A stretch of DNA of 64,000 nt from Octopus bimaculoides. Lineage: Eukaryota. Location: the NCBI RefSeq assembly GCF_001194135.2, contig NC_068985.1:49477835-49541834 (forward strand), given 5' to 3'. A model generated the notes under the pieces. The model saw only the letters and a program-made list of their open reading frames with translations. It searched no databases and was not told where the DNA came from. Made by a program: the position numbers and the translations under genes. Below are positions 12,451-24,949 of the stretch, in pieces. Numbering within the stretch: position 1 is the first letter of the stretch; every line of letters begins with the position of its first letter.

Positions 12451-13486
12451 CAATTCTGCTGTGGTGGACAGGTCTTCTTGAGAACAGCAAGGCACCAAAC
12501 ATCTCAGTCCCTTATCACAACAAGGCACCCAACATCTTGGTCCTATTTTAGATATTTAAAAAAGATTTTGGCACAAGAGCAGCTGTTTTGAGGGAAGGGA
12601 ACCACACTTCTTGACTGGCACTTTATTTTATCGACCTTGAAAGGATGAAAGGCAAAATTTACACTCAGAACACAAAGAACTGGAAGAAACACTGATAAGC
12701 ATTTTGTCTGACATGCTAATTAATGATTCTGCCAGCTTGCCAAATAAATAAAGTAATTAATGAATTATAACTATTATATGTAGAAGAGTAGTTCAGCAGT
12801 TGTTTTGATGTGTTTTCTATCAGCTATTCTTGTAGCAATTTAATTAAAGCACTGGATTAGTATTTCTAGTCACGATCAATCTCACTTTACAATGAACATG
12901 ATATCTAGAATTTAGGACCAAATGTGTGATGTATACGCATGGTGTGTGCACATATCAATCATCATCCTCATTTTCACATCCACTTTACCATATTAGCATG
13001 GTTTGGTCTGGACATTTTACAATCAGACACTCTTTCTAATGCTAGGACTTTAAATCATCTTTTACATCATGCAGGGACATGGTATACCACACACACACAC
13101 ACACACACACATGTATGTAATAGGTTCAATCAGAATTGCTACTAATCATTTTGTGAAATTATGCCAGAACAATGATAAGACATCATTCAGACATATGATT
13201 CAACCTACTTCTATTGTGGAAGAAGACGGAAGTAATTTTAGTTAATTGCATAATTAAGTACCATATTGAACTTTACCAACCTGAGATTGAATGTATTTGT
13301 CTCTTACTATGATATAGATACATTTTATCATCATCACTTAAAGTCCACTTTTGCATGCCCATATGGAGCAGACAGAATTTATTGAGGCAGATTTTCTACA
13401 GTTAGATGCTCTTCTGGTCACCAACCTTCACCTTTTCCAAGTAAGACATTTAATACATTCATACACACACATACATATGTGTGTGT

Positions 13487-13487
13487 G

Positions 13488-13582
<95 letters not shown>
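13487..13582. repeat. (TA)n microsatellite
   Basis: Direct reading. Confidence 0.95.
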
Positions 13583-13584
<2 letters not shown>

Positions 13585-13636
13585 ATCAAAACAATTTGAT
13601 TCAAATTCATTGGTACTCTTGAGTTTCAAGTCCGAT

Positions 13637-13687
13637 GCTAGTCGTCAACCATTTTGAATTTGAAATTCAAAATGGCTGATGACTAGC
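13637..13687. repeat. 51-bp near-perfect palindrome
   Basis: 25-bp arms, 2 mismatches, 1-nt centre. Confidence 0.9.
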
Positions 13688-13712
13688 CCTTCTTTCGTTT
13701 GTCCACTCGCTC

Positions 13713-13757
<45 letters not shown>

Positions 13758-13781
13758 CACACACACATATATTAGTTTAGG

Positions 13782-14345
13782 TTAGTTAAAATATGCTTGT
13801 GGCATATTTCACCTGCTAAAAGGCAAATTAACTGCAGTTACCATGGATAAAAATGTCCTGTCATGGTAAAATGGTATAAAAACATCATATCTGTCCAGGG
13901 TCGCCACATGTCAGGATTCCCTGACAACAATGTTTCTACTTCCTTGGCTGTTATCAATGGGAAATATCTAAGAGAGGCAACTCTGGACAGATTTTATTAA
14001 TGCTTTATATCTTTAATTAAAATAATTAACAACATTGACTGATTTTTACCAGTAGACTACCAGGTTGTGAAAATTACCATAATATTAGCGCCAAGCAGTG
14101 TTTAGGTATAAGCAAAATTTAAGTTAGTTAAAATATGTTTAGGGCATATTTCAGTTGCTAAAAGGCAAGTTCACTGCAGTTACCATGGAGAAAAAATTTC
14201 CTCATAGTAAAAAGATGTAAGAAAGAAAAAAAAACCATATCTGTCCAGTGTCACCATCTATCAGGATTCCCAGACTTCAATGTTTCTAGCTCCTTAACCA
14301 TTATCAATGGGAAATACCTAAGAGAAGCAACTCTGGACAGACAGA
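13782..14345 (+). repeat. Two-copy diverged tandem duplication (period about 340 bp), each copy with internal inverted repeats
   Basis: ttagttaaaatatg...ggcatatttca...gctaaaaggcaa...ctgcagttaccatgga...atatctgtccag...ttatcaatgggaaata...gcaactctggacag occurs at 13782-13992 and 14123-14341. Confidence 0.85.
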
Positions 14346-14489
14346 CATATACATGTATATATATTCTTTGTATTATTATATATATATATATATATATTTA
14401 TTATGAATGTATTTGAGTATGTATGTTGTACTTCTTTTGTATTTGCATTGTACTCCTGTACTTGACAACCAGTCTTGATTTGTTTACAG

Positions 14490-14742
14490 CAGTGTTTCTC
14501 AATCATCTTTTATCTATGGATCCCTTTGATTTCTATTTCACCCAGATGAACTCTGCTAGTCATTCCAATGTTTCAAAGATATCATAGTTTTGTAATTAAA
14601 TAATATTAGGAATTGTATGAAAAAATAGCTAAAATAGTTTGTGTATTGTAGAAGTATAACTAATTTATAACACATAAATTTTAACAATAAAATCCTTATA
14701 TGGACCCCTATGGGACATATGGACCCTGACTGAGAACCCCTG
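14490..14742. mobile_element. hAT (Charlie-like) MITE
   Basis: TIRs cagtgtttctcaa and ctgagaacccctg. 8-bp flanks gtttacag and gtgtacat (6/8 match) fit a decayed TSD. A partial relative lies at about 39805-39905. Confidence 0.7.
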
Positions 14743-14865
14743 GTGTACATACAGTAAAAAGAATAAGTATTAAACTTAAAAGACACTCCTGTAGATTTGA
14801 CTAACCTCTTCAAGGCATTACTCCAGCATGACCACAGTCCAATGGCTAAAACATGTAAAAAAGTA

Positions 14866-14908
<43 letters not shown>

Positions 14909-15059
14909 TATCTAAGAGTATAGTGGTGGTGGTGGTGGTGGTGGAAACTACCTGAGAAGCTTCTTCTAGCTTCCCTCATCATCTTCAAATTCTATGAAAG
15001 GAAAGAAAGCTTCATTTTTTTTTTTTTTTTTTACTTTACTGAATGAGAATGAAGTGAGA

Positions 15060-15420
15060 AAGGAAAAGCTGTCACAGCAGGCTTTAAATTGTTTGTAATT
15101 GTTGTCGCTTCCAGTGTGATTTGTCCAAAGAGTGTGGAGTAGGGAAGGGAAAGGAGGAGTGTCCTACTGTTTGGACAAAGCTTAGAAAGTAGAACTGCAA
15201 GGTGGTGATAGTGGAGAGGGTGGAGAGAGAGAGAGACTACCCCTCCCCAGGGACAGATAGAGTTTAATGATGACACACTTACTGACTGCATTTCATGATC
15301 AGAGCAAGTCAGTGAAAGGAGAGGCTTGGAGAGGAAGTAGAAGGTGGAAAGAAAAGAAGGGAAGTAAAAGGTAGGGGAGAGGATGGAAAAGGAATTGAAT
15401 AAAGAAGACACACATAAGAG
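15060..15420 (-). mobile_element. Very degenerate retroelement RT-like remnant
   Basis: SFLS...SSLNSICPWGGVVSLSL...LLS....STLF weakly echoes FLS.R...NSGVPQGSVLSP.LF...LL...DDSTL. Confidence 0.2.
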
Positions 15421-16204
15421 TTAAAAAGAGAAGAGAGTGAGGAAATAATTGTCTTTGTTTAGGTGGAGCAAACATGTCATTTCAGCCATGACCATCCTGT
15501 ATTTCCTTGAGGATTACATTATCAAATGTACTCTTCTTTGTTTTCTAAAATTGCAAAAGTGTGATCTGTGGGAGATTTGGTTGCTATTTCTAGCATGTTG
15601 AGTGGCCATATAGAGACTTTCTCATTGGTTCTTTATAGAGAGAGTGTTATTGGTGGGTGTGATGGATTATAAGAATAGAACAAATAAGGAGAGTTAGAGT
15701 GAGAGAGAGAAAGAAGATGAGGAAGAAATAAATGAAAGAGAGAAGGAACAAAGACAAAGAGATGGAGATAATGAGAAGAGGAGAGAGAAGAAACATAAGG
15801 GAATAATAAGAGAGGTGTCATAAAAAGAACTAATAGAGGAGAAAGAGAGAGAGACAAATAGAGAGGCAAAAAGTGAAGGAGGGATAAACATGAGAGATAA
15901 ACAAGAAGACAGAAAAGATAATTAAGAAGTGATTTAATGATAGATAAATAGATGAGATAGAACAGAAACTAAACAGTTGGGGTGGGTGTAAAGGTATAGA
16001 TATTAACTCTGGTCTATATATCAAGGGAGAAAGGGAGAAGATCTAGAGAGTACAAAAAAAAAGGAGTGAACACATGACATTAAAAGGAAAATATATGAGA
16101 AAGGAGGAATGGAATTTGGAAAGTGGATGGTTATGGTGGTGGAATGAAGAAATTAATAACAGTGAAAAGAAGAACAAAATGAAATGCTGTCAAAACAGGA
16201 ACAT

Positions 16205-16205
16205 T

Positions 16206-16272
<67 letters not shown>

Positions 16273-16345
16273 TAGTANNNNNNNNNNNNNNNNNNNNNNN
16301 NNNNNNNNNNNNNNNNNNNNNNNNNNNNNNNNNNNNNNNNNNNNN

Positions 16346-16395
<50 letters not shown>
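16205..16395. repeat. (GA)n microsatellite spanning a gap
   Basis: Direct reading. Confidence 0.9.
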
Positions 16396-16400
<5 letters not shown>

Positions 16401-17817
16401 TAGTAAAAGTGGTTTCGTGGTGAAAGTGAAGCCATTGAGGTAGATTCTATAGGATGACAGTGTGCCAGATGGTTGGGGCATGAGTTCGATTTTGTTTGTC
16501 ACCAAAGACATGCTCAACAGCATTCCTCAGCTACTACTACTATTACTGCTACTGTTGCAGGTAACTTTTTATTTAGAACCAGGAATGTTAAGAGCATCTT
16601 TTACACATTGGAATGGATGCATGTTAACAGTCCATTCGAAGACAGATTGAAGTCAGTCAGTCCCTTCAAGTATTAGTATTTTGCTGCTGGTACTATTAAA
16701 CTATAACTCTACTATTACTACAACTACTACTACTGCTACTATGACTACTACTATGTTCCTACTATGACTACTACAAATCTTTAAAACACATTAAGAGCAA
16801 AGAAAAATGCAAAAGCTTAAGAAAGTGGTAATGGTCAGTCACAGAAGCATTTAATTGGCAAGTTTGATAAATTAATTTGTTGCGTGTGCATGTGTGTGTG
16901 TGTGTGTGAGTGTGTGTGTGTGTGGATTAGGCCTGCTGTGATACATGAAAGGACATGGCACCAGTTTATAAGAAATATCTTAATATATATATATATAGAC
17001 AGTCACAGTCAGTACATGCAAGTGGGGACACTCTACTGTCTTGCACAGCCACAGTCAGTCCATTCAAGGATAGTGAGGGCACACCCTATCCGTCTTCATA
17101 AAAGAGGTTCACTTTGATAATTTAATCACAGAATATGCTAAACTCAAGAAAACAATATGGGATAGTTATGACTGTAGCACCTTAGATCACAAGCCCGCTC
17201 AATCAAGGGCTAAACAATAGCTATCTACCTGCCTGCATCTCTACCAAGCTACATATTTACCTACCTACATGTAACTACCTACCAACCTACTTGTTTGTGT
17301 GCAATATTTTTCAGTCATCAGACTAAATGCATTACACTACCGAGTTTTGGTGCCGACAGGTTTCAGCATTCAAATACCGCTGTCTATGTTAGCTTCCTGT
17401 TTTGTGTCTCCAACCCACCTCCTGCACTCTATGAAAGCGATACCAGTAAGGTAGACACATATCCACTGCAGTATGAAGATAGATATTTATTCAAAGAACT
17501 TTCTACCTATACAACATAGGTAAAACAGATGAATAAAAATCAATATTTACTAAAGCGTCAAGCTATCTCTTCTTCCACATTTCTTGCAGCATGTGTTGAA
17601 TTCTAGTAGGTGTGTTTATGAGAGTGAGAGAGAGAGAGAGAGAGAAAATGAAAGAATAAGAAAGACTACCAAAGACATTGAGAAAGAGAACCATGTACTA
17701 ACGAGTTTAACCAAATGATAGAAAATATATTAGTATGCATACATGTAATATACATACTGTGTATTGTCTGTGTATAATCTACTCTATGCTGTATTGAATG
17801 CTCTTATTTCTGTTCAT

Positions 17818-17853
<36 letters not shown>

Positions 17854-18332
17854 CATGAGATGCTTATATATATACACAGTTTCAGCAGTACCCTTGAGTG
17901 CTACTGTCCTTTATATCTGAAGGTATGTCCATTCACTGCTAAATTGAAATTCCATTTTGGGTGAATGCACAAGAATGGAGTTACTGTTCAGGAGACCCTT
18001 GACAAAATACTATGCTCCATTTACAACAAAAAAAATTCAAAAGAAAGTCAGGACTGGGGTCCCACAGTAGAAACGCCATCAATGCTGTAACAGGCAAATG
18101 TTGGCAATAAGAAAACAGTTACGCTCAAAATAGAGCTGATAACCTCCATATGTGCACATGTGTGTGTATACATGCACATGCACACAGTTATTGTGATTTC
18201 AAAGTTTTGCTCAGAATGGTTTTACATTCTCAGTGAAACTTTAAAGTTACAGTCACAATAAAACTTTAGACTCCATTTTGGTTTTGAGTCACTTTTGAGT
18301 TACTATTATTTGCAATTTTTCATCTCTTTTAA

Positions 18333-18562
18333 CTCTTTGCCTGTCCTGTGTATCTTGTGACACCTAGGACATATTGCCATGGTGTCCATGCATCATATAT
18401 GATACAAATTCCCAATTTTTTCAATCAACAGAGGATCTTGGGTTGTATTAAAAGAAAGCTTTATGTTACTCAGAATATATAAAATAAGGGTTAACTAAAA
18501 GTCTGGAAACAAGCATGAATGTCTAGAATAAACTTATGAAAATGCTTTGGACAGGAAAAGGG
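18333..18562. mobile_element. piggyBac-type MITE (TTAA TSD)
   Basis: ttaa-ctctttgcctgtcc ... ggacaggaaaaggg-ttaa. Confidence 0.7.
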
Positions 18563-19029
18563 TTAAAAACACCTAATTCCAAATATTATTATCATCATCA
18601 TGTTACAGCTGCTTTCTATTCTGACATGGGTTGAACAGTTTTATAGGATCTAAGAAGTCAGAGGACTATTTTATGCTCCAACGTTTTAGTTTTGGCATAA
18701 TTTCTATGGCTGGATGCCATTTCTAATGCCAACTACTTTATAGAGTGTACTAAGTGCATTTTTTCAGAGCACCAACATTAGTGAGGTCATCTTGTAGCTT
18801 GCAAACCTAAAGAGCCCCCATGATTGGAAGAAGAAAATGAGAAAGTGATTTTACATGAGGTGGGGTATGAGGGTTAAAGTATGAAGGTACACCCATTTAC
18901 TACTAAACTGATTTATAGTTGTGAGAAAGTGGGAGTGGGGAAAGTAACAGAGAAGATATTGTTGAGGGAGGAAGTATCGAAGGAACAGGGGAAAGAGGAA
19001 AGGATTAGTGCCAGGAGTTGATCAGAAAG

Positions 19030-19430
19030 AGAGGGACAGAGTGGTTACAGTGAGGAAGTTGGTTGTGTAGGGAGAATTCGGTGTCACCTCATTTTAGAAA
19101 ATATCCAGAGAGGGTCAGTGAATAAGAGTTGTGGCGGTCATGGGAGTAGGCCAGAGAGGGAGAAATGAGAGTTCTGGTTGTGGAGAAGCTAGAGGGAGAG
19201 GACAATGAGAAGAGGGGAAAAAAGCAGTGGGGCGATGGGACAGTGACTGAATGTAGAGAGAGCAATGACAGAGAGGCTGGAGAGTACCATAAAGGTGAAG
19301 GTAGGGAAGAGTAGAGGATGAATGTAGAGAAGCATGTTGAATGGGGTGGCTGTGGGGATAAGACAGTGAAAGAGAGGCAGGAGCAGGGAGTAGTGGGTGA
19401 GTGCAGCAAGAACATCTCAGTCAAGTTTTG
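19030..19430 (-). mobile_element. Very degenerate retroelement RT-like remnant (possibly Penelope-like)
   Basis: Pyrimidine-rich minus strand with weak traces resembling FHP..FT, D.H.YL and IPYSQFL motifs across broken frames. Confidence 0.25.
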
Positions 19431-19987
19431 AAATCATCGAAACATATCAAAGATATGTATAGTGGGAAGGAAACTAAGAAGAAAGACACTGGGAAAAAGA
19501 GTTTAGCAAAGGGTGAAGTATAAAAGAAAGACTCTTATACTCCTCTTTTTATACAGAGAGCAAATGGATAAGTTTTGGGTTAGTATATGATGAGAAAATA
19601 TTAGCTTATAGGGAAGGGAAGTAACTAATATCAACGTTTAAGTCATGAGAGAATTTATGAAAATACTGAGTAAATTCAAAAGTTTATGATTAAAATTTAA
19701 CTAGTTTTGAAGTGTATTTCTTTTTAATTGCTTTGTCTAGAAGAACTGTAGTAGCCTTAGCTGTTGCAAACCCTCAAAGATTGGTCAAGATGGTGTAGTT
19801 AATGCTATAAGAGGTGACAAAAAGGTTGGCTTCAGGAAGGGCATCCTTCTGTGAGATTCTGCCTCAAAAACCCAGGCATTTATGTACATGTATGTATATA
19901 TAAATATGTGTGTGTATATGTGTATGTATACACATACACACACACATGCATACATACATACATACATACATACATACATAACATGTT

Positions 19988-20021
<34 letters not shown>

Positions 20022-21328
20022 ACACATGCATACATATATACATAAAATGATGATTATATATATATGTATATATTTATTTATTTATATATTTAGTAGATAG
20101 ATAATGGTGCAGAAAGAGAAAATAGGTAGATAGATAAATATTTAAAATGATAAAGAAGGAAAATCTAAGACAGATTACTATTCTGGTGTGGACAAATTCT
20201 TCACATCATTACCGCTATACTAATTCACCAATTTCCTAAATTCGTGACAATTCAGTGGAAATATTTCAAATAAAATTATATCCAGAGGAAACCAAATTGA
20301 AATAAAATAAAGCTAGTCTATTAGTGTGATATATAGTACCATTATTGATTGGTTACTTTGAAGGCGTTTAGTGAATGATAGTAGTTTTGTCCAAGCTGTG
20401 AGCGAATACCAATATACTGTGTTTTGTATGAAGATTTTATGTGTTTCACCGAACATTGATTGTTGTTGTTGCTGCTAAACGTTATGTAGAACTGCAATGT
20501 TGCTGGTATTTTGTTTTTTCATGTCTCATCAAACACACACAAAGAGATATATATGAAACTATATATATATATAGAGAGAGATATAAACGTGTATGTGTGT
20601 ATACACACACAACAATAAATGATAGTTGAAGAGGGTAATTTGTTACATATCTCACTGAGACCTGTACTATTAATGAAATAAGTGAAGCGGTTCTAACTGG
20701 AAATTGAAACCAACTAAAATTCGTACCATACCATCTTGTTATTGACTAAGAAGACCTTTGATGAATGATATTCCATCTGAGACCATTCTTTTTTTGGGGG
20801 GGGGCGGTGAATATTTAGCATCACATCATCTAATATGCTTTCCATTCTCTTTAGTTATCATATTTCAGTTGAAATTGTTTCCAATTAATTTTGAAAATAA
20901 TTAGGAATTTAGAGACATAACTTTAGCTTAATTCAGCTGGTGTTTGGGACATAAATTAACATGAAGTTTTAATGAAAGGTTCAAATTTAAATAACTTTAA
21001 AACAAGAAGGTTGTATCATAGAACCAAAAACAGTCTCAGGCTGGTTGATATCAAAAAGATTATAATGTTAGTCGGTGATTAAAGAGAGATTTGGCTGTTA
21101 TTTCTAGGAGGTCAACAGATCATGTAATAGGTCCCTATGATTTGATACATTTTGATTTTCTATTCTTTTGTTTATGTTCTCTNNNNNNNNNNNNNNNNNN
21201 NNNNNNNNNNNNNNNNNNNNNNNNNNNNNNNNNNNNNNNNNNNNNNNNNNNNNNNNNACACACACACACACACACACACATCTCTCTCTTCCTCTCTCAC
21301 ATTCTCTCTTTCTCTCTCTGTATATATA

Positions 21329-21805
21329 CAGAGGTTGGACAAAATAATAGAAACACCTTAAAATTTCAAACAAATTTATTTTAATATGGGGTACGACTGC
21401 CTTTGGAAGTAATTACTGCTTGAATTCTATGTGGTATGGACTCGTATGAAGTTTGAATTGTTTCCAAAGGAATTTTTGTCCATTCTTCAGCTAAAACAGT
21501 CTCCAGTTCTTGTAGTGATGATGGTGGAGGATATCGACACCTTACTTGTTTTTTTTAAAATGCACCATAAATGTTCAATAATATTGAGATCTGGGGACTG
21601 TGGTGGCCAGATAAGACATTCAACTTCACTAGAATGTTCCTCGTGCCATTCAGTAACAACTTTAGTCGTGTGAATTGGTGCATTATCATCCTGAAAGATT
21701 GCGTTTCCTTCCGGAAACAGTTCCACAACCATAAGTTAAATTTGATCAGGTAAAATGCTTAAATAGTCTTGACTATTAATTCTTCCATGAAGGGAAACCA
21801 TTGGG
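21329..21805 (-). mobile_element. Tc1-type DNA transposon, right-end fragment (DD36E spacing), transposase pseudogene
   Basis: TA followed by TIR-like cagaggttggacaaaataatagaaacacc at 21329. Minus frame reads VSLHGRINSQDYLSILPDQI*LMVVELFPEGNAIFQDDNAPIH...WPPQSPDLNIIEHLW. After a +1 shift in the A8 run near 21550 it continues KKQVRCRYPPPSSLQELETVLAEEWTKIPLETIQTSYESIPHRIQAVITSKGSRTPY* (stop at 21381-21383). Confidence 0.9.
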
Positions 21806-22029
21806 TAGTTTTACATTCAAAGATGAATGGAATGAAAATTCCCTTACTTGAAAAACAGGTAGGAGTTTTGTAGTAGGAGTAACATTCAGCTATAAAACAA
21901 TACCTCAACAATATGTATTCACCTAAATCATTCTAGCTAGCATGGAAAAACAAGTCAAAAAACAAATGAATGAATTGGAGAAGCATGCAGCAGAGAACAC
22001 AAGGTAAACTACCAGGTAGTGCTAGATAT

Positions 22030-22414
22030 GTTGTTGGCACTCCGTTGCTTACAACGACGAGGGTTCCAGTTGATCCGATCAACAGAACAGCCTGCTCATG
22101 AAATTAACATGCAAGTGACTGAGCACTCCACAGACACGTGTACCCTTAACGTAGTTCTCGGGGATATTCAGCATGACACAGAGTGTGACAAGGCTGGCTC
22201 TTTGAATTACAGGCAGAACAGAAACAGGAAGTAAGAGTGAGAGAAAGTTGTGGTGAAAGAATACAGCAGGGTTCGCCACCATCCCCTGCTGGAGCCATGT
22301 GGAGCTTTAGGTGTTTTCGCTCAATAAACACTCACAACGCCCGGTCTGGGAATCGAAACCGCGATCCTATGACCGCGAGTCCGCTGCCCTAGCCACGGGG
22401 CCATTGCTCTTCCA
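22030..22414 (-). mobile_element. SINE-D, second full-length copy with 11-bp TSD
   Basis: Closely similar to 5423-5810. gtgctagatat at 22019-22029 and 22418-22428. An old plus-strand relative lies at about 2200-2365. Confidence 0.9.
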
Positions 22415-22599
22415 CTTGTGCTAGATATAGTTACAAGCTAAACTAACTTCAGCTTAACACATCACTATCCACAGGAGCTTTGAAGTAATTAGAAGGTATA
22501 TTTTTAAAATCTTTGTGAGATATTCAGTGATAATTTTTTTAACAAGGGACCTCCAAGCTTTATATAAGTTAGTGTTTCATCAAGTTTAAATCTGACACT

Positions 22600-22945
22600 G
22601 CTTTTAGGCAAATCAAGTTCATGAAAATTGTTGATGTTGTTGTCCATGAGTGGACGTGTCTTTGCAGAATATTGGAAATGAATGGCATTGCTTGTTTGAC
22701 AGTGACACTCCTTTACATCTATCATGCGATGTCAAGACAAGGAGACACAAATATAAAACACACACAAATACAAATATATGATAGGCTATTTCAGTTTCGA
22801 TCTTCCAAATCTGCTTGCAAGGCATTGTTTGATCTGGGGCAATAGTAGAAGACACTTGTTCAAGGTGCCATTGTAGTAGGACTGAACCCAAAACCATCTG
22901 GTTAAGAGGAAAACTTCTTAACCACACAGCCGTGCTTACACTTCT
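22600..22945 (-). mobile_element. SINE-A head joined to an alternative (RTE-type) 3' half
   Basis: Reverse complement reads A head then tgtctccttgtcttgacatcgcatgatag...catttccaatattctgc. Confidence 0.7.
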
Positions 22946-23046
22946 TGTTCGAAATTGACATAAACCAAAATGTTGAGTAAATTACTGGATATAGCAAGTA
23001 GAAAGAGATCTGTCTCTACATCCCTTTGTGTGTATGCATGTGCTCG

Positions 23047-23099
<53 letters not shown>

Positions 23100-23664
23100 T
23101 CTATATACATGTGTGTGTGGTGGGGAGAAAGGATTGGTCCACACCATCAACCTCTTAACTTGATTGGTACTTTATCAACCCTAAAAGAGTGAAAGGCGAT
23201 GTTGACCTTGGTGGGATATGAACTCAGATTGTAAAGATCCAGATGAAATACTGCAAATCTTATATTCATTATTAACATACAAGAGAAAAAGTATGTGATA
23301 TTATGGTCATGGTATAATAATTCATTTTGATTGATCTAGTTGTCTGTTAGTTAGAAGTTTCCTTAACATCTAAATGGTTCATCAAACATAACAGAATAGA
23401 TTCCTATTTATTCCAGCTTGGATGACAGGGAAGTTACAGAGCAATAGACTAGATCAGCCAAAATAAATTCATAATTCATTCATTCATTTTTACACCTGTT
23501 TTTGCATACTAGCATGGGTTAGAAAAATATATTATTAAGGCACTATGTTGCGGCTGGATGCCCTTCATGTCTCTAACTCTCACATGTTTTTTGAGAAAGG
23601 GATCTCTTATTCCCTAAGTGTAGAGCCATATCACAGAGAAATGTAAATAAACACACAGACACAT

Positions 23665-23666
23665 GT

Positions 23667-23759
<93 letters not shown>
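23665..23759. repeat. (CA)n microsatellite
   Basis: Direct reading. Confidence 0.95.
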
Positions 23760-23761
<2 letters not shown>

Positions 23762-23764
23762 TAC

Positions 23765-23932
23765 ATTTATATGAGGAACTTCTTTGAGTTTCTGTCAAAC
23801 AAATCCACTCACAAAGCTTTGGTTGGCCCAGGATTATAGCGGAAGACATTTGCCTCAGATACCATACAGGAGGACTGAACACAAAACTACTTGGCTAGGA
23901 AGTGAACTTCTTAACCACACAGCCATGCCTGT
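23765..23932 (-). mobile_element. SINE-A 5' half
   Basis: aaatccactcacaaagctttggttggcc...aaccacacagccatgcctg. Confidence 0.8.
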
Positions 23933-24132
23933 GTGTGTATGTGTGTAAATGATGAGAAAGTACTCAATATAGATTTTGAGCAAGAAATAGGTAGTGTGGA
24001 GTTGTGACACAGTGAAACATGAATATAAATGAATGAATATGCACACATACAGAATGGCTCAGAATTCAAGCTACCATTTAATATATTTGTATGTATTAAA
24101 TGATAAAGTGATTTCTGGGCCACCTGTGTATG

Positions 24133-24167
<35 letters not shown>

Positions 24168-24175
<8 letters not shown>

Positions 24176-24317
24176 ATAATAACAACAAATGGAGCAAAAC
24201 GCATGTCGATGAAAGTTCCTTTAATTCCTACATATATGTTTCGAAACATATATGTAGGAATTAAAGGAACTTTCATCGACATGCGTTTTGCTCCACTTGT
24301 TGTTATTATCCATATAT
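24168..24317. repeat. 150-bp palindrome (75-bp arms, no spacer, 1 mismatch)
   Basis: Centre TTC|GAA at 24242/24243. The only mismatch is 24189/24296. Confidence 0.95.
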
Positions 24318-24779
24318 TCTCAAAATGTATCACGTTAACTCGGTATATCAACCTGTAAAACGGCTGGGATATCTTGTTTTTTAGTGTAATTTTGCTACCC
24401 ATGGTAACTATTAACGTATTCAAATTATCGAAAGTTTCAATAACTGAGATAATATTAATACACATAAAATTATATATATATATATATATATAGTGATTGT
24501 AAGCTGTTGATGAACTAAAAGAGCAACATCAGTTTGATTCCTAGTTTGCATTATGCTATCCCTACCTTTACCATTTTAAGCAGGCAACGGAGGAAGTAGT
24601 TGCTAAGACAGATCGAAATTGGGTCGCAATCTGGGTTCACTAAGAATGAATACTCACCAACCCCTATCTACACATGTTACACTGCATTCCTCAGCATGCA
24701 CATGCAACACACACACACTCACACATAGCAGTATGTAGGTATTGATGCACTCACCTCACTCTCTTTCTTTGTTTCAAAC

Positions 24780-24811
<32 letters not shown>

Positions 24812-24824
24812 ATGTATGTATGTA

Positions 24825-24901
<77 letters not shown>

Positions 24902-24911
24902 NNNNNNNNNN

Positions 24912-24945
<34 letters not shown>
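24780..24945. repeat. Compound (TG)(TATG)(TC)(TA) microsatellite
   Basis: Direct reading. Confidence 0.9.

Positions 24946-24949
<4 letters not shown>

Noticed and set aside
17295-17519. 74-aa plus ORF with a plausible acceptor
   Set aside because: Two frames are equally open, the donors are weak and no homology is recognisable.
22940-22984. 45-nt symmetric minus micro-exon candidate (NLLNILVYVNFEQE)
   Set aside because: The donor coincides with the decayed 5' end of a SINE-A, so chance is likely.
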